DNA from: Amoebidium appalachense
Taxonomy: Eukaryota; Protista; Ichthyosporea
Direction of reading: 5' to 3'
NCBI GenBank assembly: GCA_963693365.1
Contig: CAVNZM010000004.1
Span: 7,911,093 to 7,975,092 of the forward strand
DNA: 64,000 nucleotides
Part shown: piece after piece, positions 1-61,439 of the stretch
How the letters are laid out: each line of letters starts with the position of its first letter
How positions within the stretch are numbered: position 1 is the first letter of the stretch
The notes under the pieces: generated by a model
What the model saw: only the letters and a program-made list of their open reading frames with translations
What the model was told of the DNA's origin: nothing
Database searches by the model: none
Program-made: the position numbers and the translations under genes

Positions 1-210
1 CTCCCCCTCCCTCTTTTTTTGTTCGATAACGTGCTGTCACCTTCACGCACTAGCCTCCCTCTCTCCCACCCTTCCACCCCCCTCCCCCTCTCTCCTCTCT
101 CTCTCTCTCTCTCTCTCACTCTCTCTCTCCCCCCCCCCCCCCCTCCCCCCCCTCTCCCTATCTCTCTCCCCCTCCCCCCCCCCAATCCCCCCCTAGCAAC
201 ATGTACACAC

Positions 211-6542
<6,332 letters not shown>

Positions 6543-7355
6543 GGTGATGAGTCAACGGATAGTGCAATGTTCACTCCGGATTTGAAGGCAGAACTGAGGA
6601 TTAGGTCACTCCATGTGTGGCAACAGTTTGTCTATTGAGCTAGTTCATGTTACCACATGTTTCTGCGTCTTTATAAAGTCGCAAAGCCAGATATTCCGAG
6701 CAAACCCCCCCCCCCATACCTGAGACTGGTTCTCTTTGCCTCGAGTAAACAGCGTAAACCCCAAAGGGATGGTCTGCTTGTGCTAAGTGCGCGACTGCTC
6801 AACGAGGATTCCTGGAAAAATCAATGACGTCATTTCACCAATCAAAACTCTTTAAATTTGGCGCCAAGAGGAGGGCAAATATCACAAAGAATCGCATTCC
6901 TCGCATTCCTGAGTTTTATTGGAACCACTCTGTGGAATGGCCCCGTGGCACCGTCCCGATCGACGGCCCACGTAAACAAAGTAATTTCTCAGCTGGGAAA
7001 CGTGGATGGGGAAAGGGTGAGACTCGGCTGTAAGGTGAAACGAGTAGGTAGAACTTGCGAAGGAAGAGGAGTTGGGGAGGGCAACCGGTGTCAATACCGG
7101 GCGGCGTGTGTGTGCTCGCTCGATGCCTCGTTCCCTTCCATTTTTCCTGGACATGTTTGTCACTGACATGTGAAAGAAAGCTAGAACTACACGTGGGTTC
7201 CCAACAGTAAGTTTTCAGTTTAGCAATAGTAGATTTCTGTCATCTTCTGGCCGACTTTCGAAAAATCACCTGAAATTCCGTTCTTCAGTTGATTGTTTTC
7301 TCACCACAACATCAACTGCTGCTAGCCTCCACTGGTCGCTGCACCTGTGGTCACC
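6543..7355. promoter_or_regulatory. Bidirectional promoter region between head-to-head NRDE2 and SAC genes
   Basis: About 810 bp of nearly repeat-free DNA between two divergent caccATG starts. Contains palindromic TGACGTCA (6825-6832), CCAAT (6838-6842) and TTTAAA followed by TTTGGCGCCAA (6851-6867). Confidence 0.65.
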
Positions 7356-30031
<22,676 letters not shown>

Positions 30032-31340
30032 CGTTGGTAATTCCTAACCAATCAGGTTATAACGTTAATACCTAATTTATCAAATTTTGACGTTAATTCT
30101 TGAATCTGTTTACTTAAGGGAAAGCACGAAAGTCATTTGCTACTGGACCACATACACTTACTCCCCAAGAAACGCGCTGAGCATGAGCTCGAGAGCGCAG
30201 CAGTCATTTGTGTTTGTATGTTATGATTTTCTTTTCTTTTCAAATGCTTTCTCTCTCTCTCTCTCTCTCTCCCTCCTTTTTTTTTATTTTTTATTTTTTT
30301 TTTTGTGGTGGCAAGAGGGAGGGGGGGGGGGGGGGGGGGGGGGAGCAAACACACACACACACACACGCAACGCGCGCGTGCGCTTACTCATGCGTGTGTA
30401 TGTTTGGAAATTGGCCTGATGAAGTAATGCATGTAGTAATATGGTATCATTTCGTGAATGTGGTGACGTGGGCCATGCTGTTAATAGTCATGTCATTGAA
30501 GTCACGTATGATAAAGTGGAGGGGTTGGGAATTACACTTATCTGCTTAGTATTAGTATTATTGGAGTTGAATAACTATGCTCTACTGAAACGAGACATGT
30601 TAGCGGTCTTTGTGGATCAGCCGTGCCCAGCTTTCTCCTCTCTAGTTGTCGGACATGATATGATGATTATGATACTGCCTGAATTTGTTGAAGTTCTGGT
30701 AATATTTTTTTTTCTTTTGACTGATTTAAAATTTTAAAGGGGGTGGTGGAACAGATTTATCCAAGAACTCTGTGCCTCGAGCAATTACGTAAACCTCTAC
30801 CAACCCAATCTTGGTACGCACAGAACCTCGAATAAACAGCATAATAAAAAAACCCACATGGTGAGGTTTTGTTCCAGAAACTTTTTTTTTTTTTTATATC
30901 AATCTGGCGCAAGCCTTCATTGATCGAAGCAATCACACAATGCCATGCATATAACCCCCCCCCCCCCCCCCCCCTCCCTTTTTTATTTATTTTCATTTTA
31001 TTTTTATTTTTAACCTTTGAAATGAATTGTTCACGTGACCAAGCTCTGTGTGTACCTAGGCCTCCGGATTCGAGTATCTTTTCTCCCTCTCTCGGAGTCT
31101 GTCTTCTCGCACACACACTCTCGAGATCTTTGGATCCCCTGTCTCCTGGCTTGGGTGCCAATTTACTTATTCTCGAGCAGCCCCCCCCCCCCCCTCGTTT
31201 ATTTAATTGATAGATGTGTGGGGACTAGAACCCCCCGGCGGGGGGCTTCTGCTGCCTGCTGAACTACTCTGCCTCAACTGTTCAAGTTCGTTGGCTGTGT
31301 GGGCCTCCTTTCTCAGTTCTCAGGAGGGCCTATGTACAAT

Positions 31341-31375
<35 letters not shown>

Positions 31376-31398
31376 AAGAAAGAAAAAAAAAAAAGGAA

Positions 31399-31435
<37 letters not shown>

Positions 31436-31479
31436 GCTAATGTTAATAGAAGTGATTGCGCAAACATCCTGTGGTGCAG

Positions 31480-31560
31480 TTTTAGCCAATCATCGGCAGC
31501 AAGAGCTTTTTGGCGCAAAAGGGCCAGAAAAAGGGCAAAAGGTGACGTGTTCGGTGCCTA
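31480..31560 (+). promoter_or_regulatory. Putative promoter of the unknown membrane-protein gene
   Basis: CCAAT 31486-31490, TTTGGCGC 31509-31516, TGACGT 31543-31548; followed by a probable 5'-UTR intron (GTAACT ~31756 to TAG ~31994). Confidence 0.45.
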
Positions 31561-31890
31561 CACCCACAGTAAAGCTTCTTTCTGCTTTTGTGTTGTTTCC
31601 ATGTGCGGAGGTTTGCTAGTCTCACATGTGCCCTTAAATAAGATTCTGATAGAACTTGTACACGCATTCTCTTTCGTGGTTGTTAAATCTGCTGTTAGGT
31701 TTTTCTTGGATCCAGGCTTTATGAACCTGTGTGGTCTCGACAAACCAACTCGCAAGTAACTCAACCCTTAGCACAGCACACTCGGAAACATCGTTTGCTA
31801 CAGAGACAAACACAGGAATTATAGTTTGATAATACACCTCTACTTCAAGCCGTTCTTATGTTTCCAACCCAAGCCGGTTGCTTGAAAGAT

Positions 31891-31921
<31 letters not shown>

Positions 31922-32095
31922 ACTTGAAAAGTTCTTCCCTTTCCGCCCTAAATCTATAACCCATCACCTTTCTCGTCTGTTCACTTTTCGGTAGGAAACT
32001 TGGCGAAACATGAACAGTAACGGTTTCAAGGTTGGAGCTGTGGAATCAGGAGATTGGTGACGGTTGAATATTTTCTGCACGGGTTTGACATAAAG

Positions 32096-45311
<13,216 letters not shown>

Positions 45312-45762
45312 CACCGTGGCTATGTAATGGTGATGGAGAGCTGGCATGCAAGAAGTGAGGATGGGGAGGCACAACGACTTCCCCCCCGGGGGGGGGGGGC
45401 TGGGCTCGAGAGGTTTTTCTGCCGCACTGTTGGTTATTTTCAGCATTTAATTTCTTCATCCTTTCTTTATTGGGTTGAGCTTGTCTTCTCTGTCTATTTG
45501 CCCTTTTGTTTAGTGTTTGTTGTGTCATATTGTGCGTGTGTGTGTGTGCATGTGTGTGTGGGGGGGGAGTGCGTGTGTGCGGTGTGTGCAGGTGTGCGAA
45601 CATTCGTGCGGTGTTGTGTGTTTGGTTGGTTGGTTGTTTTTGGGGGGGGGTATTGGGAAAGGAAATAACGTACTGAAATATACGAGAACGGTGTTATTCG
45701 TTGTGTGATCAATGAAAAGCACTCCCTAGACCATAAAGCATGAAGGAAAAAACGATGTGTGG

Positions 45763-45824
<62 letters not shown>

Positions 45825-46646
45825 TGTGGCGGGGGAGGGGGGGGGGGGGGGGGGGGGGGGGGGATAGGGTTTCAAAGCACCACACTGAGAGTAAGCTTTG
45901 ACCGGTGTCTGTAGGTAGATGATATATAAAACGCATTTATCATACTCTGCAATCATATTGTACCTATATTCCCTTGAATGTTCATACCTGTCACGACTAT
46001 GTTATGTCACGTTGGTCGATGTACATACAGGAATTCCTTCAATTCTGGGGAGTGATTATTGGCCATTCACTGGCCATGGTTTTTTTCCTAATTCCAAACT
46101 TGCTGATCATCATACGTGAGCACTTTTATAGGAAGTTATACATGTTTCCGTAAATTTGAACTGAATTCGAATGCATTTAAGTCTTAGGAGTCGGAGTGCA
46201 CCCAATCCCACTTGCAGCAGGACTCTCCAGTGTCCCGTGTCATGCATGTACATACATCTATAACCAAACATCGTCAAGAAAAATAAACTTACCAAGCGTT
46301 ACCAACCACAGTGTTTTACAAAAGATGTGTGGGGCACGGCACATTCATTAGCCTGTTCATACCGGCAAATTTCCCTAGATAGTCACTTCCGAAACACAGA
46401 AACAGATACAAAAGTATACGAAATATTGATATTTTCCCCAAACAAACTTAGAAAGGTATGTAGGTAAGACATATACGTGTCGATATTTACAATTTATTTG
46501 AGCTTTTTCTGTCATTTTGAGCCGTAATAGAGTTGTTTAGAGCTGTTAGAGCTGGCCGGCCAAATCAATTAGTGCCGGCCCGAAGAGGTTAACTGACATA
46601 TATGTGTGCACAAGTGTGCCTGCAGCATACCCATATCCGTAGGGGC

Positions 46647-47037
46647 TGTGAGATGAATGTGAGATGGTACTGTGGGCGGAGATGTGAGGCGTGAGTAGGT
46701 GGGACACTTCGGCCAAGTACACGGTTCAGGTGCATCTTTAATAGTGCAGTCGTGTGAGGCCTTTGCTGTGGTTCCACTCCCTCTCGCACTCAGACTGTAA
46801 CCGTGCGGTACTCAATCTGTCTGGGAGTGTGGGCGCACTGGGTATTTATACCTCTCGTGCAACCACTAATTGATCAGCAATTAGGCGCTCATATGATAGA
46901 TCCACACACTCGTAAGCGGCCTGGCACTACGTGCGGGTCCGTCTTACGTATACGTAATACAGGGCGTGTAATGGGGGCGTTGCAATCACGGGAGGTGCCC
47001 TTCGAATTCGAATGAATTCACTGGCGGTAAAGATACA
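46647..47037 (-). mobile_element. Possible solo LTR (~390 bp)
   Basis: On the - strand: TGT..ACA ends, TATAAATA (46850-46843) then ATTAAA (46742-46737); balanced composition with no microsatellites. No target-site duplication found. Confidence 0.3.
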
Positions 47038-47469
47038 ATGGTGTTATGGTGATTCGAACACCTTACCAGAGCAGTATGTAGTTTCTTATTTTGGGTTTGT
47101 GTACATGTACATGCACATATCTATGTGCACCCACAAATTTTATTTAGTCAAAGGGGCACACCAGGTACCTGTAGTTTAGCTGCTAACGGTAGCCTCGGCC
47201 TATAAACTGTTCGTGTCACTACACACCTGCCCAGAGGCTTCCAAAGATCCGGCACGATGTTTTTAGTTAACATTAAAATAAAAAACCACAGCAGCAATAA
47301 TATAACTGCATAACCCTCGCGATCGACGTATATGTACACACTTCGAGCCCGCTAGCTTCATTCAACACGAGAAAAACAACTGATGTTAAAGATTGTCGAC
47401 CTGGAAATGTGATCACGTTGGCACAAAGCGGGGATTTTATTGAAGTTTCCTTTAAAGTTTATTCGATGT

Positions 47470-54104
<6,635 letters not shown>

Positions 54105-54383
54105 GGTGAAGAAAGGGGGGAGGGGGGAGGGGGGGGGGAGAGGGAGGGAGGGAGAGAGAGGGGGGAGGGGGGGAGGGGGAGGAGGACGAGGGGAAGGGGG
54201 AGGGGGTAGGGGGGTAGGGGAAGGTTAGGAATGGTTGACAAGTGCTGTTTATCGAAGTGGGCGGATGAGTGGAGGGATGAGTGGGTGGAAGTGTCTCGGT
54301 ATGATACGTCCCGGTGACACTGGCTGGTTGGTTGCTTGTTCGCACGCCACAAAAACGTTTTTTTTTCGTGTGTCGTGGAAAAC

Positions 54384-54423
54384 CACGGCCCTCTGAAACA
54401 AATTTTTTTTTCAGAGGGCCGTG
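54384..54423. mobile_element. 40-bp micro-MITE with 15-bp perfect TIRs and 7-bp TSD (P-element-like termini)
   Basis: CACGGCCCTCTGAAA..TTTCAGAGGGCCGTG flanked by GGAAAAC at 54377-54383 and 54424-54430. The paralogous sequence at 59627-59633 has a single GGAAAAC. Confidence 0.75.
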
Positions 54424-55092
54424 GGAAAACCTCGGGAGTATTGAGATTACGTAATCGATTCTCGGCCCCGGGTCAAGCAGTCATCATAAGATTGGGCCCC
54501 TGCACCCTCGCATTCTTCCATCCCTCCTCCCCTACCGTCCTGTTCTCCCTCACCCTTCCCCCCTCCCCACCCCCCCTAGACCTTAAGGGTACGTAACCTT
54601 CCAGCTCACCCAGCCCCCCTCCCCCCCCCCCCCCCCCCCCCCCTCCCCTCCCCCCCCGGGTCCCCCTCCCCGGTCCCCAATGGTCCACCACCACCATCAC
54701 CACGGCCAACCCCCCTGCCCCCCTCCCCCCCCCCCCCCCCCACAAAAAGAAAGAAAGAAATAAAGGGCTCCGGGCTCCCTCCTTCCCCCCTCCCCCCTCC
54801 CTCCCCCCTCCCTCCCACGTCTTAAAATCAACCCCAAACCACGATGCCCACTATGGTACCTGACACCCCTATGTCTCCGCCCCCGATATATTCTCCGGAT
54901 CCCTATTAAAGCAAACCAAATAGCCAAACAAGAAACTTAGGCTACGTACCGGTAAACAAAAGAAATCGGATTAGAACTCACGTAAAGAGAAATATACTTA
55001 CACGCTTTAGGTTGATATGCATTATGGTGTTAAGCTGGGCCGGGGAAAGGTCGTGGTGGTGGTGGTGGTGGTACCATTAGTGGGGATTAGGT

Positions 55093-55242
55093 GCTAAAAG
55101 CAGAATTATTCAGCAAAGGCAGAATTATTCTGCTCGAAGCAGATTATTCTTGACAAAGCAGAATTATTTTTGCTAAAAGCAGAATGATTCTGCTAAAAGC
55201 TGAAGTATTCTGCTCATAGCAGAATTATTCTTTGAAAAGCAG
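55093..55242. repeat. Tandem array of ~21-bp palindromic units (AGCAGAATTATTCTGCT core), ~7 copies
   Basis: Directly visible; each unit is a near-perfect inverted repeat. Confidence 0.9.
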
Positions 55243-55484
55243 TTTTTTTTTTTTGGACAAATTTGATCCCGGGCTTTAGTCCAATACGCCGAAGGTCACA
55301 ATAACATCATCGGAACCAGGATACTCCCTTCGATTTATACTCTTTAACAAGCATTTCAAAATCCTTACAGGTAATCAGTTTCAACAACAACTTGAACTTC
55401 GCCAAGTCCTATTCATATGTGTAGAGCCCCGTAACTACCGGCAAGAATTTCGGGTGTCGCTGGATTCGTGTACTGTAACACCTA

Positions 55485-55923
55485 CAGATACCGTCCACCA
55501 TTAAGAATACCCGCCAATAAGAATACGCTAGCGGCCACGGCCAAGTCGGTTTTTTTTTTTTTAAGAATATGCAGCACAGCCAGATTTGGGGATATTCTTA
55601 ATGGCGGACTGACCTATAAACCTTGCTGGATCATGCACATATATGCCCCCCCCCCCCCCCCGCCTTCCCCTGGGCCCCCCGGGGCTGAGGCTCCCCTCCC
55701 TTCCTCCCCCCCTCCGGATCCCTCCCCCCGTGACAAACACCTCATGGCCAACCCTCCCCTCCCTATGTTTCCCCCTTCCCTTCGCCCCCTCCCCCTCCTC
55801 CCCCCCCCCCCCCCCCCGGGGGCCCCGTGGCATTTAAGAATATGATAGCGGCCATGTAAAAACTTTATGAATATACACCGCGACCACGTTTTGGGGGGGG
55901 TTCTTGATGGTGGACGGCATCTG
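55485..55923. mobile_element. Tc1/mariner-pogo-type MITE (439 bp)
   Basis: TIRs CAGATACCGTCCACCATTAAGAA / TTCTTGATGGTGGACGGCATCTG (2 mismatches in 23), TA on both sides, internal sub-terminal copies of the TIR (~55592-55609 inverted, ~55833 direct); no coding capacity. Confidence 0.85.
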
Positions 55924-56524
55924 TATAATTTTGGGCCCATGCCATATATGGTAATACAATTTTAATATTCATGGGCGACTTTCGCCACAAAGCCTACATT
56001 ACACATATGCGTGACTGTAACATCACACATCGATAGTACATACAGTTGATATCGCTACCTTCCCAGATTCATTGCGTAGTATTTTATTTCATTTAACACA
56101 GTGTGGTTACTAAGTGTCCTTCATTTCCGTGATTTCACAACATGAATTTATGGATGGCCTACGGTAGTGCACCCATTAACTTTAAAATATGTGCCAAGCG
56201 GCGCTTATTTAAAATACCCAGCGTGCAGTGCTTATCATGGTGACGGGTGTGTGGGGTTTAGCAATTGAAAAACCGTCTATGCGGGTGGATAACTGTATGT
56301 AGAAACTCGAATTCATGCTTTTGTCGATGATCTTTCGACGCCGGCGCATGTACGTTTACACGCACGCACACGCACACACGCGCGCGCGCGAGTGTGTGTT
56401 TGAGTGTGAGTGTGAGTGTGTGTGTGTGGTTGTGTTTGCGTGTGTGTGGTTGTGTGTGTGTTTGCCGTGTATGTGTGTGTGTGTGTGTGTGTTGTGTTTC
56501 CGTGCGCATGTACGCCCACCCGCC

Positions 56525-56917
56525 CTATTGCTCGCGTGAATTTGGCTGGAACATTGTATCCATAAACTCTGAGCTCTTGAGCAGGTCGTAGTTTGCTTTG
56601 GTGACATGCAGGCCATGCTTCACCGCCAGGTGCGCATGGAGCGACGGAAATACCTCGTATCTGCACCAATAGGAGTTGTGATTAGTTTTAATAGTCGCAA
56701 TACGAAAAATTTAAAAAATGGAGGGCAAAAGCAGAGCGATAAAAATAACACGGGCATGGTATCTACCTGCTTTCGGCTTTGCTCGAGCGGAAGAGAAAGC
56801 AGTGCGAGGGGGAGCAGAAATCTTGGCCCAGGCGAAAGGTCAAGATGATTTGTATAGGGTATGACTAGGAGTGACACACACACACACACGCACGCCCGCG
56901 CCCGTTCGTGTGTGCGT

Positions 56918-56965
<48 letters not shown>

Positions 56966-57123
56966 GGGGGGAAAGTTGGGGGAGGGGGGACAGAGGAGAT
57001 GAGAGCAAGACAGACAAAGAGAGAGGAGAGAGGGAAGTGGGGAGAGAGAGTGGGAGCGAGAGAGGGGGGGGGGGGGGAGAGGAGGGAGAGGGGGACGGGG
57101 GAGGGGGGCGGGGGACAAAGGGA

Positions 57124-57194
<71 letters not shown>

Positions 57195-58065
57195 GGAGAG
57201 AGAGAGAAGGGGGACAGGGAGGGAGGGGGGAGGACGGAAGGGAGGCTCTTGCAGAACCTTTTTTTTTTTTTTTTTTTTTTTGGGGGGGGAGGGGGGGGGG
57301 GAGGCAAAAACTGCTCAATTGAATCTATATCACCCGGGTCTGCAGCTCCTCATAGAAACAAAAAGACAAACACAAAGAGAAAACAAAGAAGAGAAGAAGC
57401 ACGCACACAGTAAGGAACCAGGCTAAGTAGTTGAAACTCCGGCGCACGCACATGCGAGGGCTTGTAAGGGATGCCCACAAGCGCAAACAAATAAACAGAA
57501 AGACAAACGGGGGAGGGGGGGGGGAGGGGAGGGGGGGAGTGAACAGAAGGAAAGTAAGGAAGGAAGAAACAAAAAGAAAAAGAAAACACCTTGGATACGT
57601 AGCCTTATCAGTGAAGAACATAGTCCAAACACTATCAATGAATATTGGGAAGGGGGTACAAGCCTTACAAGGGCTTGACACTCAAATGCCCCGTTTCACA
57701 TACCTCTTGTCGCAATCTGGCATGATGCAGTGGAAGCTTCTCGAAAGTTGGTCTCTCCGTCGACGATGCCTTATTCTGTAACCCATCGGCGCCATTGGCA
57801 ACGAATTCAAACTGGAGTTTCTTTTTTTCCTCCTCGAAAGCGCGTATGAAGTTCGGTGGTGCTTAACACGGAGACCGTAGTTGCAGTTTGAACGAGGGAG
57901 GGCGGTAGTGGTGGTAGTGGTGGCTGTGGAGATTGAATCGGCTTGTTCGATTTTTAACGTGTCGTCTTTGTCAGAGTTGCTTGGCTGTGTGTGAGTGTGG
58001 GTGGGTGAGTGTGTGAGTGGGTGAGTGAGTGAGTGAGTGGGTGAGTGAGTGAGTGAGTGTTTGTG

Positions 58066-58108
<43 letters not shown>

Positions 58109-58160
58109 ATGTGCGTGTGTGTGTGTGTGTGCGTGTGTCTGTGTGTGTGTGTGCGTGCGC

Positions 58161-58250
<90 letters not shown>

Positions 58251-59350
58251 CCGTGCATGTGCGTGTGCATGTGCGTGTGCATGTGTGCATGTCAGTGCTC
58301 CATGACAGCATCCTCGTTTCACTAAACTAGGCCCTTTTAGGATCAAAGGGAAAAGCATGAGGAGCCCCACCAATAATATTACACATATACCGACCAAACC
58401 CAGAGTTATGGTAGTGGGAGAGTATCAGTGGTACATAGTGTAGGCGTAAGTACGTGCGTGCATGTGTGTTGTGTATGTGTGCATTTTTTTGCTTGCACGT
58501 GAATGCCGGTTGTGCCATTTGGCGAGAGGGAAGGGGGGTGGGGGGGGTGGGAACCACGAACGGGGGCGGGGGGAGGGGGGAGGAGGGGGGAGGGGAGGGG
58601 GGACCGGGGAGGTCACATGGTTTTCGCATACCGGACTCCATGGTGTAACTGGTGTGCCGGGCTCGTCATCAGCAGAGGATTCTCTTTTTACTGGTGCAAA
58701 AACCTGCTCTGGTCGCTGATGAAGACTGTCAATAGACACAGAGAGGGGGGGGGGGGGCATACCACGGGAATGACTCATAGGGAGTGAAAGTGCATGCAAA
58801 TAGGGGGGGTCTACAAGCTGACTGCTGGTTGAATGGAAACATGTACATTCCTCCTTGTTTCGATTCGGCCGCCACTCAAGACCAGTGTATGTTCATAATG
58901 GGTAGTCAAAACAAATAAATCAACTAGGTAATCATTTAGGAGATTTACACCAACGAGCCTTGGGTAAACTTGAGAAGCGCATGGCGGCGAATAGGGAGAA
59001 AATGGAAGTGGGAAGGGTGGGAGGGTGGGAGGGGGAGGGACAAAGAATGCGTCCATGTGGAGGGACGGGGGAGAAGGAGGGGAACTTGGGTGAGTGGAAA
59101 GAGGGGGGGGGGGGAGGGGGGGGGGGGGAGGATGGGCATGAGGATCAAGAGGAGGTTACAGGAACGAGAAAAGAGCAACCGTGTAGCAGCTGTAGCAAGG
59201 AAAAAGAGGAAATGGAGATAATTACAAGATGCAAAGACGTACCGTGATGCCCAGCTTTGCGGCCCGGCGGCGTGGCAGTTCCACTCCCTTATATAGAGCT
59301 GCATTGCAGGCAAATTCGCTCATAGTGGGGGGGGAGGGAGGTGGGGGGAA

Positions 59351-59381
<31 letters not shown>

Positions 59382-60704
59382 GGGGGTCAGGACATTGACG
59401 AGTAATCAGTGTAGGATTTTTTTTGTAAGCGTAGTTTCCCAGGCTTGTACCCGCTACTTTACGTAAGGCTGGGCCTTCTACACTGCCGCAACATACATAG
59501 ATACAAAGTTATGTCAGGGCAGGGAGTCCATGGCCACAGGGACATTTCGAAGTGACCGTCTCAAACAGCAGTCAAGGCCTAGAGTGCAGTCATCGGATAA
59601 GTGAGCGGCTCCGACATATCGCAACGGGAAAACCTCGGGAGTCAGTAATAGTTACGTAATCATCACTGCTCGTTGACAAGGTGCCACTACACTATGTACC
59701 CCCAAGTATAAAAAAACCCCCATATAATACACATGAAACACCCCCCCCCCCCCCCCCCCCCCCAACCACCCCCCCCTCCCCCCCCCCCTTCTCCCCCTCT
59801 CTCCCTCCCTTCCTTCTCCCACACGTACACACACCAGCCCCCGGGCCACGGCCATCTGAACACCCCCCGGCACCACCGAGTCCCCCCCCCCCCCCCCCCA
59901 TCCCCTCCTCCCTTGGGGCCCCCCGTGCTGGGCAACCCCCGGCCCATCCCGGTATGCCATTCGACTCGTACCCCTCCCCCCCTTCCCCCCCTCTTCCCGC
60001 GCTATATGCCTCGGGGAGAGGGGGAGAATATATCCGACCCCATCAACCCCAAGCTTGAAGCATGAAACAAAAAAAAGGAATTAATAATGTTCAAAGCAGG
60101 GTGGTGTTGGGTCAGGGGCAGGGGAGCAGGCTCGGTGAGTCAAGGAGGGGAGAAGGGGATGGAGGGAGGAAGGGGGAGGGGGGGGGGGGGGGGGGGGGGG
60201 CGGGGCGGGGAGGGGGTGGACTTGGGCATCACACGTGTGTATGCATGTGTGTGTTTGTGGCATGCATATGGTGTCTTTGACAATGTCACACGGTGTGCGC
60301 GCGTGTGTGCGGGTGTGTGTGTGTGTGTGTGTATCTGTGTGTGTGTGCGTGCGTGTGTGTGTGTGTGTGTGTGCATGTGTGCTTGCATGTTTTTGTGTAC
60401 GAATGTATTTCCTTTTGTGCACGCATGTTCTTGTTGGGACGGAGTCAGAGCTTCAGAGGGGGTGGGGTGGGGTGGGTGGGTTTGTAGGGAGAGGGGGAAG
60501 GATGAGGACGCGGGGGGAGGGGGAGGGGGGTTAAGGGGAGGGGGGTTAAGGGGAGGGGGGTTAAGGGGGAGGGGGGGGGGGGGAGGGGAGGGAGGGGGTG
60601 GCCATGGAGAGGGGGTGGGAGGGGCTGGGGTGATTTGGGACCCACGATGAGCTGACACGGTGCACGAATGCACACCTAGGGCCTGAGGTTATAGTTTGCA
60701 TCAT
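56525..60704 (-). CDS. Small C2H2 zinc-finger protein, 4 coding exons, ~179 aa
   Basis: Exons 60704-60676 (MMQTITSGP; first exon less certain), 58725-58632, 57984-57704, 56660-56525. The spliced product contains a basic stretch [15 protein letters not shown] followed by [24 protein letters not shown] (C-x4-C-x12-H-x4-H). Confidence 0.82.
58785..59662 (-). pseudogene. Partial duplicate of the hydrolase gene (promoter + exon 1 + part of intron 1) nested in zinc-finger intron 1
   Basis: 59323-59243 encodes [27 protein letters not shown] followed by GTACGT (parent: MSG..FASNAASYKGVELARRLAAKKGVT, GTACGT). 58785-58985 aligns with 53521-53720, and 59626-59661 aligns with 54423-54456. Confidence 0.85.
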
Positions 60705-61439
60705 TCGAGAGGATTACAGTTGACCTTGCCAAAGGAGTCACTGTGCCACTGTGCCAAAATAGAGTTTTTACATGTGTGTAACTAACCCACCTCACCCCAC
60801 CTCCCCCCCCCCCCCCCCCTCCTCCCCCACCCCCGCCACACACACACACACTCCGTACACATACACACACGTACACACCGATACGTGCAGCGCAAACCGT
60901 GGGATGTCTCCTTTATTCCCATGATCATCCCGTCCTTTAACAACCTATCTGGACCATTTGTCGGGCCCCGTGAGTGGTTCTCTTGTTTCCTAACCACACC
61001 CATCGTGGCACCCCCGCACAAGAGCACACTGGTTGTGTACGTTGTGGTAGTGGTGGTGGCATGTGCGTGTTTGTGTGTGTGTGTGTGTGTGTGGTGGTGG
61101 TGGTGGTGGTGCTGTATGTGTGTGTGTGTGGTGGTAGTGGCGTGGCGTGTGCGTGTGTGTGTGGTGGTGATGGTGTTTGGGGGGGGGGGGGGGGGGGGGG
61201 GATGGGGACACGCAGGGCCGGGGAGAGAAGGGTTTCGCATGGTGGCACTTGCAATTGTTATATTCGATTTGACCTGTAGCTAACCCGCTGAAATCTGCTA
61301 CTACATAACAGTATGAGATGCTCTCAACATTTCAAATTCGATTTTCAAAATTTCGCCGAGCAATCGATTTCGCAAAACAACAAGTTGCGATGTACTTCAG
61401 TGTGCATATAGACATGTACATACATTACATAAGCTAACT

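Noticed and set aside
60525-60575. TTAAGGGGAGGGGGG x3 as a telomere-like repeat
   Set aside because: Only three 15-bp units inside a G-rich intron tract; not a telomeric array.
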